Source: Bacillota bacterium (GTDB lineage: Bacteria; Bacillota; DTU025). Taken from it: a stretch of 64,000 nucleotides of DNA. A program made the translations under genes and the position numbers. Below the pieces are notes generated by a model. It made no database searches and was not told where the DNA came from. It saw only the letters and a program-made list of their open reading frames with translations. This document shows, piece by piece, positions 50,824 to 60,911 of this stretch. Within the stretch, counting starts at the first letter, position 1. Each line of letters starts with the position of its first letter. The stretch covers positions 448,001-512,000 of the forward strand of contig JBMNJT010000002.1 of NCBI GenBank assembly GCA_050951805.1, given 5' to 3'.

Positions 50824-52449
50824 CTATAGCCGTTCGTCCGGGTATATCGCGGCTTCAACGACGCGCTCGATTTCCTTTTCGACAGTGTTGTCCCAGACAT
50901 TGGCGTTCTTCTTCACAAGCTGCAGTACGTCTTCTGCCGCCTTTCCTGACCGCGTGCCAGGATAGGCTTTTGCGTGGTAGGCAAGTGCGCTTATTGCCTC
51001 GGGGCGAATCGATCCGTCGCTGCCATGATGGGGAGTGTTGTTCGTTCCCAGCAGCAACGCTCTTGCAGCCGCGTTGAATCGGATCCTTGCTTCGTCTGCA
51101 AAAAGTGAGTATGGATTGCTCTCGAGATATGCCTCCCACCCGGCTGTTCTACGACTCAGCTCCTTCATGGAGACTACGAGAGCGCTGTCGACAAGCCATG
51201 GCTCGTTCCTTTCCACGTCATCGAGCTCGACGAATCTCGCGACCGACGGAGTTAGCATCGTCCCGAACTGTTCTGCGTAGAATCCGGCACGGGGCTGTAC
51301 AGTCCACAGCCCTTCGCCAGCGTAAACCGTTGTAAGGCCGGCACGTTTGTATGCGTGTGACACGTTCTTGTCTGCGGCGATGTGGGGAAGACGGGCGTAG
51401 GCGGCGAGCATGTCGTCTGAGTCCTTCGCATCGACAATTCCCGCTATGCGCTCCAGTGATTCAGCTTCTGCTTGTGCTATTGCCAAGTGGAACTTCCTAA
51501 ATTCTGCGAAGGCTAGTTCTCGGAATGCCGGAGGAGCGTTCCAGAACCTGAGCTTGTAATCAGAAATGGCTTTCTCCACAGCGTCAGCAGGATCTGAGTG
51601 GTCTATGGATTCGAGGTACTCAGTGTATGCGTCGGGCACGAGGACCGGAGTAACGTCGATTGAGGCGATCTTGAGCTCGCCGTCGACATATCTCCAAGCG
51701 GTGCGAATCATCCCTACAGAGTTGGCATGGTAGATTGCCCATACCTTCTGATACGTCACAAACTCGCACAGTCCGCTCTTGCCGTCGATCGGCGCGAGCT
51801 CTGCTGCGGAGACATCATCAATACAAATGTCTATAGGTTGAAGCAGTTTTCCGGATTCTGAGTAATACTCACTGTACGGATCGAACTCGTCAGACTCATC
51901 TGGCTTGATGAGTCCGAGGAGAAATCGATCGCCCTTGGATTTGTCGACAAGTTCTATAGTAAAGTGGTCCAAACTGCGGGTATCAAGCTTAGGCCCGCGG
52001 GCAAGCTCCTCCGCGTCGACGAGCATACGCACATTACCGTCTCTCGCGGATACGATGAAGTGATTGGTGATCCCTCCCGAACCGCCGGTTGGGATTGCTA
52101 CGACGATCTCGGAACCGCAGGCCCCGTCGAGCTCGCCCACTGAGAGCGAACCGGGATACCCGGCGCCCAGATCGCCTAGATCAAGGGTTGCCTTCTTTTG
52201 GGTTGCGCCGTCTTCTACTACGACTTCATGCGAACGGCAGAACAGACCCCCAAGTTCAGACTGATAACCTACAAGGAGAATGGCGTCATTTATGCCGTCG
52301 CCTGTGACATCTGCTTCAACACGAGCATGGACGATGCCTGGCGATGACTGTTTGCTTTCGGCGAATCCTCTCACAGGTATGGTTAGGAGGGCGATTACGG
52401 CTATGGATATCTTTGCGATTCGGTTGAATCGGGTATTGCTCATATTCAT
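50824..52449 (-). CDS. Secreted hypothetical protein, N-terminal FG-GAP/VCBS-like domain plus helical C-terminal domain
   Basis: Signal peptide; ADVTGDGINDAILL and GELDGACGSEIVVAIPTGGSGG motifs; 541 aa ORF with its own terminator. Confidence 0.75.
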   Translation of the reverse strand: MNMSNTRFNRIAKISIAVIALLTIPVRGFAESKQSSPGIVHARVEADVTGDGINDAILLVGYQSELGGLFCRSHEVVVEDGATQKKATLDLGDLGAGYPGSLSVGELDGACGSEIVVAIPTGGSGGITNHFIVSARDGNVRMLVDAEELARGPKLDTRSLDHFTIELVDKSKGDRFLLGLIKPDESDEFDPYSEYYSESGKLLQPIDICIDDVSAAELAPIDGKSGLCEFVTYQKVWAIYHANSVGMIRTAWRYVDGELKIASIDVTPVLVPDAYTEYLESIDHSDPADAVEKAISDYKLRFWNAPPAFRELAFAEFRKFHLAIAQAEAESLERIAGIVDAKDSDDMLAAYARLPHIAADKNVSHAYKRAGLTTVYAGEGLWTVQPRAGFYAEQFGTMLTPSVARFVELDDVERNEPWLVDSALVVSMKELSRRTAGWEAYLESNPYSLFADEARIRFNAAARALLLGTNNTPHHGSDGSIRPEAISALAYHAKAYPGTRSGKAAEDVLQLVKKNANVWDNTVEKEIERVVEAAIYPDERL

Positions 52450-52752
52450 CTTTTCTCACTCCGACATAGAAGATTTTGCCGCGGCCGCAAAGCACGCTGC
52501 AATTAGATTATATCGACAATTGCATGCAAAATGCAGGGTATGTTATGGAAAAGCAACCTGCCCAATAACGGGCGGAGGAGGCTTTTAAATCTCGGCTGGG
52601 CTTGGGCGGTTTAGGCGTGTAGGCGATCTCGAATTCTAAGAACACTCCCAGTCAAGCAATAATCACTAAAATAGAGCATTTGCACGGATCTGTCGACAGG
52701 ACCTTTCAACATGTTCCTCCCATTCCTATAGCAAGGTTTTCCTTGACCAGTA

Positions 52753-52798
52753 TTGACATGCAACTCTATGTTTGCTATTCTAACCTTAACCGGTTAAG
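52753..52798 (+). promoter_or_regulatory. sigmaA promoter plus LacI-type operator O1
   Basis: TTGACA (52753)-17 bp-TATTCT with extended TG; perfect palindrome CTTAACCGGTTAAG at 52785-52798. Confidence 0.85.
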
Positions 52799-52946
52799 TT
52801 GTCCTCAGAAGGTTGTCCAAGACAACACGAAGCTGCTTTAACTGCATGCTCGAGTATGCTAGGATGGCTGGATTTGGTAGGATGTCCCTGGCACAGAGCC
52901 GGGGCGAGCGGCGGGAATGAATGCCCGCCTTCTATTGGAACTCGTG

Positions 52947-52960
52947 CTTAATCGGTTAAG
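52947..52960 (+). promoter_or_regulatory. Auxiliary LacI-type operator O2
   Basis: CTTAATCGGTTAAG, 13/14 identical to O1, 162 bp downstream. Confidence 0.75.
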
Positions 52961-53047
52961 TGGAGAATTATTCGTTCCTTGAAGATACGATTGCGAGGAT
53001 TTTCGCGGTTCGGCTACCCAATCTTGATTTTGGAAGGTGGCTTGGTT

Positions 53048-54073
53048 ATGTCTCCCACGATCCGTGACATTGCCGAGGCAGCTGGCGTATCGACGGCGGC
53101 AGTCTCTTACGTCATCAACGATAAGCCCGGTGTGGGCGAGGAGACTCGTCGCAGGGTGCTCAAGATAATGCGCGAGATGAACTACAGGCCTAACCCGCAG
53201 GCAAGGGGGCTCGCGGCCCGACGCACGGGAATGATTGGGCTCATGATCCCCGACATTACCGACCCATTCTATGTCAACATCGTCCGCGGCGTGGAGGCTA
53301 AAGCCAACGAGCTCGGGTACACCTTGAATCTGTGCACCACCCACGGAGATGCCGAACGCGAACGTGACGTGGCAGAGCTCTTTGCCAGCGGAGGAGTGGA
53401 CGGGGTTATCATGATGACATACAAGCTCACGCCCTCTGAGCTTAAGGAGCTAAGCGAGGGGCGGGCCCCCGTAGTGGCCATCGATAACCCCGAGGCTGCA
53501 GGGTGGGTGCCATCAGTACTCGTCGACAATATTGCGCTGGGGCGGACCGCTACATCCTATCTGACAGAACTAGGCCACACACGGATAGGATTCATCCATG
53601 GCGTTGAAGGGTCGATTGCGTCTATGCGGCGTTATGAAGGCTATGTGCAGGCGCTGAAGTCGCAGGGAGCTGAATTTAGCCCTGAATTGGTTGAATATGG
53701 GGGGTTTACGCATGCAGGGGGAGTCGAAGCAGCGCGCGTACTCCTGTCCCGTCCCCAGCGGCCTACAGCCATTTTTGCCGCAAACGATCAGATGGCGCTC
53801 GGAGCGATGAGCGCTGCAATGGAGCTTGGCCTTTCGGTGCCTTCGGATCTATCCATAATCGGGGTCGATGATATTGAGGCGGCGGCTCTCGTGGTCCCTG
53901 GCCTCACAACGTTGAAACAGCCTACGTGCGAGATTGGGGCGTGTGCCGTCGGGATCCTTGCCGATCTGATCCGTAGTCCCGAAGGCGATGACGAGGCAGG
54001 CGCTTCAGACGTTGGTCAACGGGTATTCGAGGCTAGGTTGATTGTTCGCGGATCATGTGCTCCCCGGCAATAG
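53048..54073 (+). CDS. LacI-family transcriptional regulator
   Basis: PTIRDIAEAAGVSTAAVSYVIN, YRPNPQARGL, AANDQMALG, IGVDD, LIVRGS. Confidence 0.96.
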   Translation: MSPTIRDIAEAAGVSTAAVSYVINDKPGVGEETRRRVLKIMREMNYRPNPQARGLAARRTGMIGLMIPDITDPFYVNIVRGVEAKANELGYTLNLCTTHGDAERERDVAELFASGGVDGVIMMTYKLTPSELKELSEGRAPVVAIDNPEAAGWVPSVLVDNIALGRTATSYLTELGHTRIGFIHGVEGSIASMRRYEGYVQALKSQGAEFSPELVEYGGFTHAGGVEAARVLLSRPQRPTAIFAANDQMALGAMSAAMELGLSVPSDLSIIGVDDIEAAALVVPGLTTLKQPTCEIGACAVGILADLIRSPEGDDEAGASDVGQRVFEARLIVRGSCAPRQ

Positions 54074-54128
54074 GATTGACAGCGGGAACCTTTACATACA
54101 GAAGCGATGAGAGGCGGCTGAAAGTCAT

Positions 54129-56531
54129 ATGAGGAGATTCGAATCGAAATACGGCTACTTCGATGAAACGGCGCGAGAATACGTGATAACGACTCCCCAT
54201 ACCCCAAGGCCCTGGGTGAACGTGATATGTCCGGGAGACTGGGGCCTTGTCCTTTCCCAAACCGGCGGCGGTTACAGCTGGCGCACGCATGCGTCGCTCA
54301 ACGCCATCACCCGCTGGTCTCAAGACATTGTGCGCGACAATTGGGGAAAATACATATACGCGCGTGATGATAACTCAGGCGAGATTTGGTCTCTTTCGTG
54401 GATGCCGGCAAGGCGCAAGCCCGACCGATATCGCGTAAGGCATGGAATTGGTTATTCTGTCATAGAATCCGAGAATTCGGGTATTTCAAGTGAGCTCACG
54501 GTCACCGTGCCGCCAGGCGAGCCTCTAGAAGTGTGGCTTGTCGAACTTTCGAATGACGGCAGTGAAGACCGTGAGCTCTCGCTTTTCACGTATTTCGAAT
54601 GGTGTTTGGGCGCATCGCCCGACTGGCATCGTGAGTTTCACAGGACCTTCATCGAGACCTCTATCGAACCGGATGCGAGCACCATGTGGGCACGCAAGAG
54701 ACTGTGGGAGATCCCCAATGATAGGGGAGAGGCTTGGAACAGGCCGTGGGAGTATTCGGCGTTCCATGCATCGAGCCTCGATGCTGCTGGTTTCGAAGGC
54801 GACAAAGAGGCTTTTCTCGGAATGTATGGGGATTTGGCAAGGCCCGCAGCGGTGGCGCGTGGCGTTTTGTCCAATTCACATGGCAAATGGACCGATGCAA
54901 TCGGGTCGATCCATGTGAAAATCAAGCTGCCCGCCGGTGAAAAGAGGCGTGTGTCCTTCCTGCTCGGTGCTGTGGAGGCGGGCCGTGAAGATGACGCCCG
55001 CGCTCAGATCGCACAATACCGTGATCCGGGTGAGGCGGCAGACGCCATGCGGCGCGCCTCGGAGTTTTGGTGCGATCTTCTCAAACCATACGAAGTTAGG
55101 ACGCCGGACGAGGCATTTAACATCATGAACAATACCTGGCTTCCCTATCAAGCAATCTCCGGGCGGATGTGGGGTAGGACCGGGTATTATCAGGCAGGTG
55201 GGGCTTATGGATTCCGTGATCAGCTCCAAGACAGTCAGGTTTTCCTCCCACTCGATCCTTCTGAAACGGCAAAACAGATAAAGCTGCACGGGGCGCACCA
55301 GTATGTTGACGGCCATGTCGACCATTGGTGGCATCCGATCTCTGAAATAGGCGGCGGCGGCCTCTATTCCGACGACCTTCTTTGGCTTCCTTTTGTTACT
55401 ATTGGCTATCTAAAGGAGACAGGGGACTATGCCTTGCTCGATGAGGAGGTCCCATACCGCGACGGAGAGCCCGAAAGTATTTGGCAACACTGCATCCGCG
55501 CTATCGACCTCAGCCTGTCGCGCCGAAGCGAGAGAGGGCTTCCGCTCATGCTTGGTGGCGACTGGAATGACGGAATGAATGCCGTAGGAACCGAGGGCAG
55601 GGGAGAGAGTGTGTGGGTGGCGGAGTTTCTCTGTACCATTCTTCCGGATATTGCGCATGTTGCGCGTCGTCGCGGTGAAGAGGAAGTGGCTAGCCGTTAT
55701 GAGCAGGCATGGCGCGAGCTTGCTGACGCGGTTAACACCCACGGCTGGAGCGCTGAGGGGGGATGGTACATCCGCGCCATATGCGATGACGGCATGCTCA
55801 TAGGCGATCCTGGTTGCAAATACGGGAAGATATTCTTGAATGCCCAGGTCTGGGCGATAATGAGTGGTATTGCTACAGGCAAACGCGCCGAGTCTGCCTG
55901 GCGGGCAGTGGTCAAACACCTTTCAGTGGATTCCGGCCCTGTGCTTTTTGCGCCAGCCTACGGCGAACCGGACGAGAGAATAGGCTACTTGACCAGGTAT
56001 GCGCCTGGAGTTCGGGAGAACGGCGGCCGTTATACCCATGCTGCCACGTGGGCCATGATAGCTGCGGCTATTATGGGAGATTCATCGGAGGCATGGCAGA
56101 TGTATAGCAGGATCTGCCCGGTGAGGTGCGGATCGTCGCCAGATGTGTACAAGGCGGAACCGTACGTTACTCCAGGCAATGTTGCCGGGCCGGACTCAGA
56201 TAGGTACTGCGAGGGGGGATGGACCTGGTACACTGGTTCGGCAACATGGCTGTTCCGTGTAGGCTCAGAGTGGCTCCTCGGCGTCCGTCCCGAATGGGAT
56301 GGGCTCAGAATCGACCCTTGTATTCCCGCGCATTGGGACGGGTTCTCCATGAGACGGAATTTCAGGGGCGCTACGTATGAGATTCACGTGAAAAACCCCG
56401 ATCACGTTTCGTCCGGAGTCTTTAGGATGATCATGGACGGACGCAAGATCGACGGCTGCCTGTTGCCGATTGTAGGCGACGGCAGGGTTCATCGTGTCGA
56501 GATCACCCTTGGAAAGTCAAATAAGGATTAG
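54129..56531 (+). CDS. GH94 glycoside phosphorylase (resembles the phosphorylase domain of cyclic beta-1,2-glucan synthase)
   Basis: TPRPWVN, YQAGGAYGFRDQLQD, SDDLLWL, GDWND, RENGGRYTHAATW, EPYV, GGWTWYTGSA. Confidence 0.92.
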   Translation: MRRFESKYGYFDETAREYVITTPHTPRPWVNVICPGDWGLVLSQTGGGYSWRTHASLNAITRWSQDIVRDNWGKYIYARDDNSGEIWSLSWMPARRKPDRYRVRHGIGYSVIESENSGISSELTVTVPPGEPLEVWLVELSNDGSEDRELSLFTYFEWCLGASPDWHREFHRTFIETSIEPDASTMWARKRLWEIPNDRGEAWNRPWEYSAFHASSLDAAGFEGDKEAFLGMYGDLARPAAVARGVLSNSHGKWTDAIGSIHVKIKLPAGEKRRVSFLLGAVEAGREDDARAQIAQYRDPGEAADAMRRASEFWCDLLKPYEVRTPDEAFNIMNNTWLPYQAISGRMWGRTGYYQAGGAYGFRDQLQDSQVFLPLDPSETAKQIKLHGAHQYVDGHVDHWWHPISEIGGGGLYSDDLLWLPFVTIGYLKETGDYALLDEEVPYRDGEPESIWQHCIRAIDLSLSRRSERGLPLMLGGDWNDGMNAVGTEGRGESVWVAEFLCTILPDIAHVARRRGEEEVASRYEQAWRELADAVNTHGWSAEGGWYIRAICDDGMLIGDPGCKYGKIFLNAQVWAIMSGIATGKRAESAWRAVVKHLSVDSGPVLFAPAYGEPDERIGYLTRYAPGVRENGGRYTHAATWAMIAAAIMGDSSEAWQMYSRICPVRCGSSPDVYKAEPYVTPGNVAGPDSDRYCEGGWTWYTGSATWLFRVGSEWLLGVRPEWDGLRIDPCIPAHWDGFSMRRNFRGATYEIHVKNPDHVSSGVFRMIMDGRKIDGCLLPIVGDGRVHRVEITLGKSNKD

Positions 56532-56544
56532 GGAGGCGGCTCGT

Positions 56545-59500
56545 ATGAAGTGGTCTGAGAGTAAGGGCAAGCGCGCGTTGAATGCGTCGATCTGCGCTCT
56601 TGCATTGGCTGTCGTGTTCGCCTTTTCATGTCACTGGCCGGCGAACGCAGCCGGGATCGATCGGACATATCTGTTTGGAATGGATACTGAAGAGGAGATC
56701 GCAAAGTTCGATAATGACAATACCGGTGCCAGGCTCGAGCTCACTCGGGAAGTCGTGAGACAGGGTTTTGGGGCTATGAAAGTGACTCCCAGCGGCAAGG
56801 CTCTGGAGACTAAGGTCGCTGTCGATATCGACGGAGTGACGCTCAACGAGTGGATAGGCAAAGATGTGCTGGCGGTCCACGTTTACATCCCAGAGGACAT
56901 GGCGATTGCGCCCAATTCTTTCTTCTTGGGCATGGCGGATCTGTCGGATGGATGGGCGTGGGTGGACGGAGTCTTTCCCAAAGTGGAGGTTGTGCCAGGT
57001 TGGAATGACGTAGTCTACAAGCTTTCTGACGGGATGAAGAAGGTCAAGGAAGGCGGCCATTACAAGCTGTATTTCTCCTTCTTTGCCGTCGACGAAGGGG
57101 GCGCCAAGATTCCGCTGACAGAGTCGTTCTTCTTGGACGGGATCTGGCTGGAGACCCTCGATGGTGATGCTTCCGCTTCGTCGGGAGCTCCCGTGGGGGA
57201 TTGGCTTTGGGCTATGGATGACGAGGCTGAGTTGGCAGGATACGAGAACGATAACACTGGGGCCAAGTTCGAACTAGATGCAGGGATAGTCTGCCAGGGA
57301 CTCCGTTCTGTTGCGGTCATTCCTGACGGAAAGGCTATCGAAACAAAGCTAGCTCTCGACCTGACCGGAGAGAGGCTCGAGAGATGGATTGGCGAGCGTG
57401 AAGTGGTTCTCAATGCTTACCTGCCTCCAGAGAACGAATTCAATCCCACCATGTTCTTCCTTGGCATGGCGGATCTCTCAAATGGTTGGGATTGGGTGGG
57501 GGGCATATTTGCCAAGGTCGAACCGGGCCCGGGTTGGAATCGCATAACCTATCCTCTTCCCGATGAAATGAGCAACCTCAAACCTGATGGCAAATACAAG
57601 CTCTATTTTGCCTGGGCTCACGTAGATGAGGCAGGGAAGAAGCTTCCGCTGAGGGAGAAGTTCTACATAGACGGCATAGGGCTCGCAGAGGCCAGAGTCT
57701 CCCGAGATGACCTTATCCAGCGGATTCCCGAGGCAACGAGGTTAGAAGTAGCAGCAATGCTAGAACTGGATGATGAAGAGCTTATAGAGGCGGTAGCGCG
57801 GAAGACCTTCGATTATTTCTGGCGCGAGGCAAACCCGGCTAACGGGCTGATTCGGGACAGAAGCACCAAGGATTCGCCGTGCAGCATTGCGGCTGTAGGC
57901 TTTGGCTTGTCGGCGATTCCAGTGGGGATAGAGCGAGGTTGGATCACCAGGGATGAAGGATATGAACGCGTGCTCGTCACCTTGAGAACGTTCGCCAGTG
58001 GAGGGGTTGAGGGCAAGAACGGATTCTACTACCACTTCGTCGACATGTCCGAAGGACGACGGTTCGGAGACTGCGAGATCTCTTCGATAGACACGGCGAT
58101 CTTTCTTGCGGGTGCTCTTACCGCCGGACAGTATTTCGCAGGAACCGAGGCAGAAGCTTTGGCGAACAAGGTTTACGCGGCCGCGGACTGGGAGTGGATG
58201 ATGAACGAAGGCGACACCCTGTCGATGGGCTGGAAACCGGAGATCGGGTTCCTCTCGGCAAGATGGAACTCGTTCAACGAAGGCTTACTCGCCTATGTTC
58301 TGGCGATAGGCTCTCCCACGCATCCTATATCGGCTTCAGCATGGGATAACATCTTCCGTCCGGTAAACGAAAACTACATCTGTCTTCCTCAGGAGACGCT
58401 TTTCGTCTACCAATACCCTGCTGCATGGATCGATTTCCGCAACAAAGAGGACAGTTACGCAAACTACTTCAACAATGCGGTGACGGCCACAAGGATGAAC
58501 CGCTTGTTTGCCGTGTTGCGCAGGTTTAACTATTCAACTTACGACATGGACATATGGGGAATCTCCGCATGTGACGGACCTGCAGGGTACAAGCCTTATG
58601 GTGCATCCGAAGGAAACCACGATGGCACCGTGGCTCCGTACGCGTCCATCGCATCGATGCCGTTTACGCCTGAGCTTTCTATGGCTGCAATCAGGGCCAT
58701 GCTAGAACGTGAAGGCGGGCTGGTGTGGGGCGAGTACGGCTTCGTGTCGGGATTCAACGTGGACCAGAACTGGTATTCCGACCAGTATGTGGGGATAGAC
58801 CAAGGGATCATCTTGCTGATGCTGGAGAACTACCGTTCGGAGTTGATCTGGAAGCACTTCATGGCCCATCCTGCCATCGAAGAGGCCATGGAGAGAATCG
58901 GATTCGTGAAAAGCGATTCGGATTACGCAGTTACCCCGGCATACCTTGATGCATGGGAGAGGATGCGCCTCGCTCCTTCGGAAAAGAAGGCGGTGGCGAA
59001 GCGGGCCGCCACGCCAGTCGTTATAGACGGGGATCTTTCGGAATGGAAAGGCCTCGAAGGCTACGTGGTGGATGAAGACATGAATGTTCCCGCCGGTGGC
59101 ATAGAGAAGGTCGACAAGAAGAAGCAGGTGCTCAATTCGACTTTCTATGTGCAGTATGACGAGGAATACCTGTACATTGCCGCAAATGTGGCAGACGAAT
59201 ACATCGTAATCAACATCAAACCCGAGGATAAGGCGGGCTACTACCGTACAGACTCAGTCGAGTTCTATATAGATCCTTCAAGGGCTGGATCTGGTGCTGG
59301 ATTGATGAAACTCGCCATCCTGCCTTTTGACACGGAAGGCAATGTTCAGGCTGTGCGGCATGAGGACACCAAGCCCGGCCCAATCGCCAAAACGAACCCC
59401 CGGATCCGTGTGGCCTCGAGCCGGACGGAGCGGGGATACGCAATAGAGGCGGCGATACCCCTTGCTGATCTGGGGATAAAGGCTGAACCAGGGACGAAAC

Positions 59501-59643
59501 TCGGGTTCTGCCATACAGTGCACAACAGTAATGACAGGGAAGCGAAGATAGGGCAGTACGTGAGAACTAACGTGATTGCGTGGAACAACCTTCCCGAGAT
59601 CTGGGCCAACCCGGACCTGTGGGGAGAACTCGTATTCGAGTAG
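56545..59643 (+). CDS. Secreted multidomain GH144-like (glucoamylase-family) glycosidase: two tandem N-terminal modules, catalytic domain, CBM9-like C-terminal domain
   Basis: SIAAVGFGL, GFYYHF, EISSIDTA, LFVYQY...WIDFR, WGISACDGP, DGTVAPYA, GIDQG; C-terminal VIDGDLSEW...YDEEYLY...DSVEFYIDP; ATG 56545 after GGGAGG. Confidence 0.88.
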   Translation: MKWSESKGKRALNASICALALAVVFAFSCHWPANAAGIDRTYLFGMDTEEEIAKFDNDNTGARLELTREVVRQGFGAMKVTPSGKALETKVAVDIDGVTLNEWIGKDVLAVHVYIPEDMAIAPNSFFLGMADLSDGWAWVDGVFPKVEVVPGWNDVVYKLSDGMKKVKEGGHYKLYFSFFAVDEGGAKIPLTESFFLDGIWLETLDGDASASSGAPVGDWLWAMDDEAELAGYENDNTGAKFELDAGIVCQGLRSVAVIPDGKAIETKLALDLTGERLERWIGEREVVLNAYLPPENEFNPTMFFLGMADLSNGWDWVGGIFAKVEPGPGWNRITYPLPDEMSNLKPDGKYKLYFAWAHVDEAGKKLPLREKFYIDGIGLAEARVSRDDLIQRIPEATRLEVAAMLELDDEELIEAVARKTFDYFWREANPANGLIRDRSTKDSPCSIAAVGFGLSAIPVGIERGWITRDEGYERVLVTLRTFASGGVEGKNGFYYHFVDMSEGRRFGDCEISSIDTAIFLAGALTAGQYFAGTEAEALANKVYAAADWEWMMNEGDTLSMGWKPEIGFLSARWNSFNEGLLAYVLAIGSPTHPISASAWDNIFRPVNENYICLPQETLFVYQYPAAWIDFRNKEDSYANYFNNAVTATRMNRLFAVLRRFNYSTYDMDIWGISACDGPAGYKPYGASEGNHDGTVAPYASIASMPFTPELSMAAIRAMLEREGGLVWGEYGFVSGFNVDQNWYSDQYVGIDQGIILLMLENYRSELIWKHFMAHPAIEEAMERIGFVKSDSDYAVTPAYLDAWERMRLAPSEKKAVAKRAATPVVIDGDLSEWKGLEGYVVDEDMNVPAGGIEKVDKKKQVLNSTFYVQYDEEYLYIAANVADEYIVINIKPEDKAGYYRTDSVEFYIDPSRAGSGAGLMKLAILPFDTEGNVQAVRHEDTKPGPIAKTNPRIRVASSRTERGYAIEAAIPLADLGIKAEPGTKLGFCHTVHNSNDREAKIGQYVRTNVIAWNNLPEIWANPDLWGELVFE
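56668..57690 (+). repeat. Tandem intragenic duplication of a ~165 aa module
   Basis: Copies at 56668-57153 and 57202-57690 share NDNTGA, GKAxETK, FFLGMADLSxGWxWV, PGWN, YKLYF, VDExGxKxPL, DGI. Confidence 0.92.
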
Positions 59644-59690
59644 CGATAGATTGAGGAGAGCGGCGTCGACTGTATAAATCAAGGAGGGAC

Positions 59691-60911
59691 ATGAATATGC
59701 GAAGAGCGGCATCAATGATTCTGTGTGGCGCGTTGCTCCTTGGGATCATGGTGTCATCCGCTGCTGCAGCCCCCGTCAGACTGACAGTTTGGGCAATGGG
59801 TGCGGAGGCTCAAAAGATCGGGGAGATGACCGCCAAGTTTGAGCAGGCCAATCCCGACATTCGCGTGACAGTTCAGGCCATACCGTGGAGCGCAGCTCAT
59901 GACAAGATCATCACTGCGGTGGCAGGCGGAACCGGGCCAGATGTTGCACAGATGGGCACCACGTGGATGGCGGAGTTCGGATCTATAGGAGTATTCGAAG
60001 AGCTGTCCCGGTATATGTCGAAATCAAAGGTAGTAGACAAGAGCCAATTCTTCTCAGGATCTTACGGCACGTGCGTTGTGGGCGGGAAAGTGTACGGTGT
60101 GCCTTGGTACGTAGATACTAGGGCCCTGTTTTACAGGAAGGACTTGCTTGCGCAGAAAGGCTTCAAGCAACCCCCTCAGACCTGGGACGAACTGAGGGCG
60201 GCCGCGGCGGCTCTGGCTGCGGACGGAAAGGGATACGGCATGGCCCTTTCAACCAATAATTACCAAGAGTTCTTGCCGTTCGTATGGCAGAACGGCGGAC
60301 GGATTCTGGATGAGAAGGGCCGACCGCAGGTGACGGAACCAGAGTTCGTGGAAGCGTTGGACTTCTACGCTAAGCTCTTCCACGACAAGATAGCCCCGAT
60401 CGACAGCGGCGGCAGCGATCTTTTTCAGGAGTTCGCGAAGGGCACTATGCCAATGTATTTCAGCGGACCATGGATGATCAATCTCACTCGTGAACAGACA
60501 CCGGAGATTGATGGCAAGTGGTCGGTAGCGCTATGTCCCAAAAAGAAGACGAGAACGTCATTTGTGGGCGGGTGCAATCTTGTAGTATTCAAAGACTCGC
60601 GGAACAAGGATGCCGCGTGGCGTTTCGTGGAGTTTATGAGCGATCCCAGGACTCAGCTGGAATGGTTCAGGGTTTCAGGATGTCTTCCTGCGGTGAAAAA
60701 GTCGTGGGATGCTAGAGACCTGGCGGGAAACCCCATGATGGCGGTCTTCCGGGAGCAGCTGGATGACGCCCGTGCGCCGGAGAACGTGCCGCAATGGGCC
60801 CAGATAGAGGTCGCTGTCCAAAGGAGGGTGCAGGAGGCGTGCTATGGCAAGAAGACTGCCATGGAAGCTGCCCGTGCTCTCGAAGCGGACATAAAGGCGA
60901 TCATGAGGTAG
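59691..60911 (+). CDS. Sugar ABC substrate-binding protein
   Basis: Signal peptide AAAA-P without Cys; IPWSAAHDKI, PDVAQMGTTWMAEF, VPWYVDTRALFYR, SGPWM, SFVGG. Confidence 0.94.
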   Translation: MNMRRAASMILCGALLLGIMVSSAAAAPVRLTVWAMGAEAQKIGEMTAKFEQANPDIRVTVQAIPWSAAHDKIITAVAGGTGPDVAQMGTTWMAEFGSIGVFEELSRYMSKSKVVDKSQFFSGSYGTCVVGGKVYGVPWYVDTRALFYRKDLLAQKGFKQPPQTWDELRAAAAALAADGKGYGMALSTNNYQEFLPFVWQNGGRILDEKGRPQVTEPEFVEALDFYAKLFHDKIAPIDSGGSDLFQEFAKGTMPMYFSGPWMINLTREQTPEIDGKWSVALCPKKKTRTSFVGGCNLVVFKDSRNKDAAWRFVEFMSDPRTQLEWFRVSGCLPAVKKSWDARDLAGNPMMAVFREQLDDARAPENVPQWAQIEVAVQRRVQEACYGKKTAMEAARALEADIKAIMR

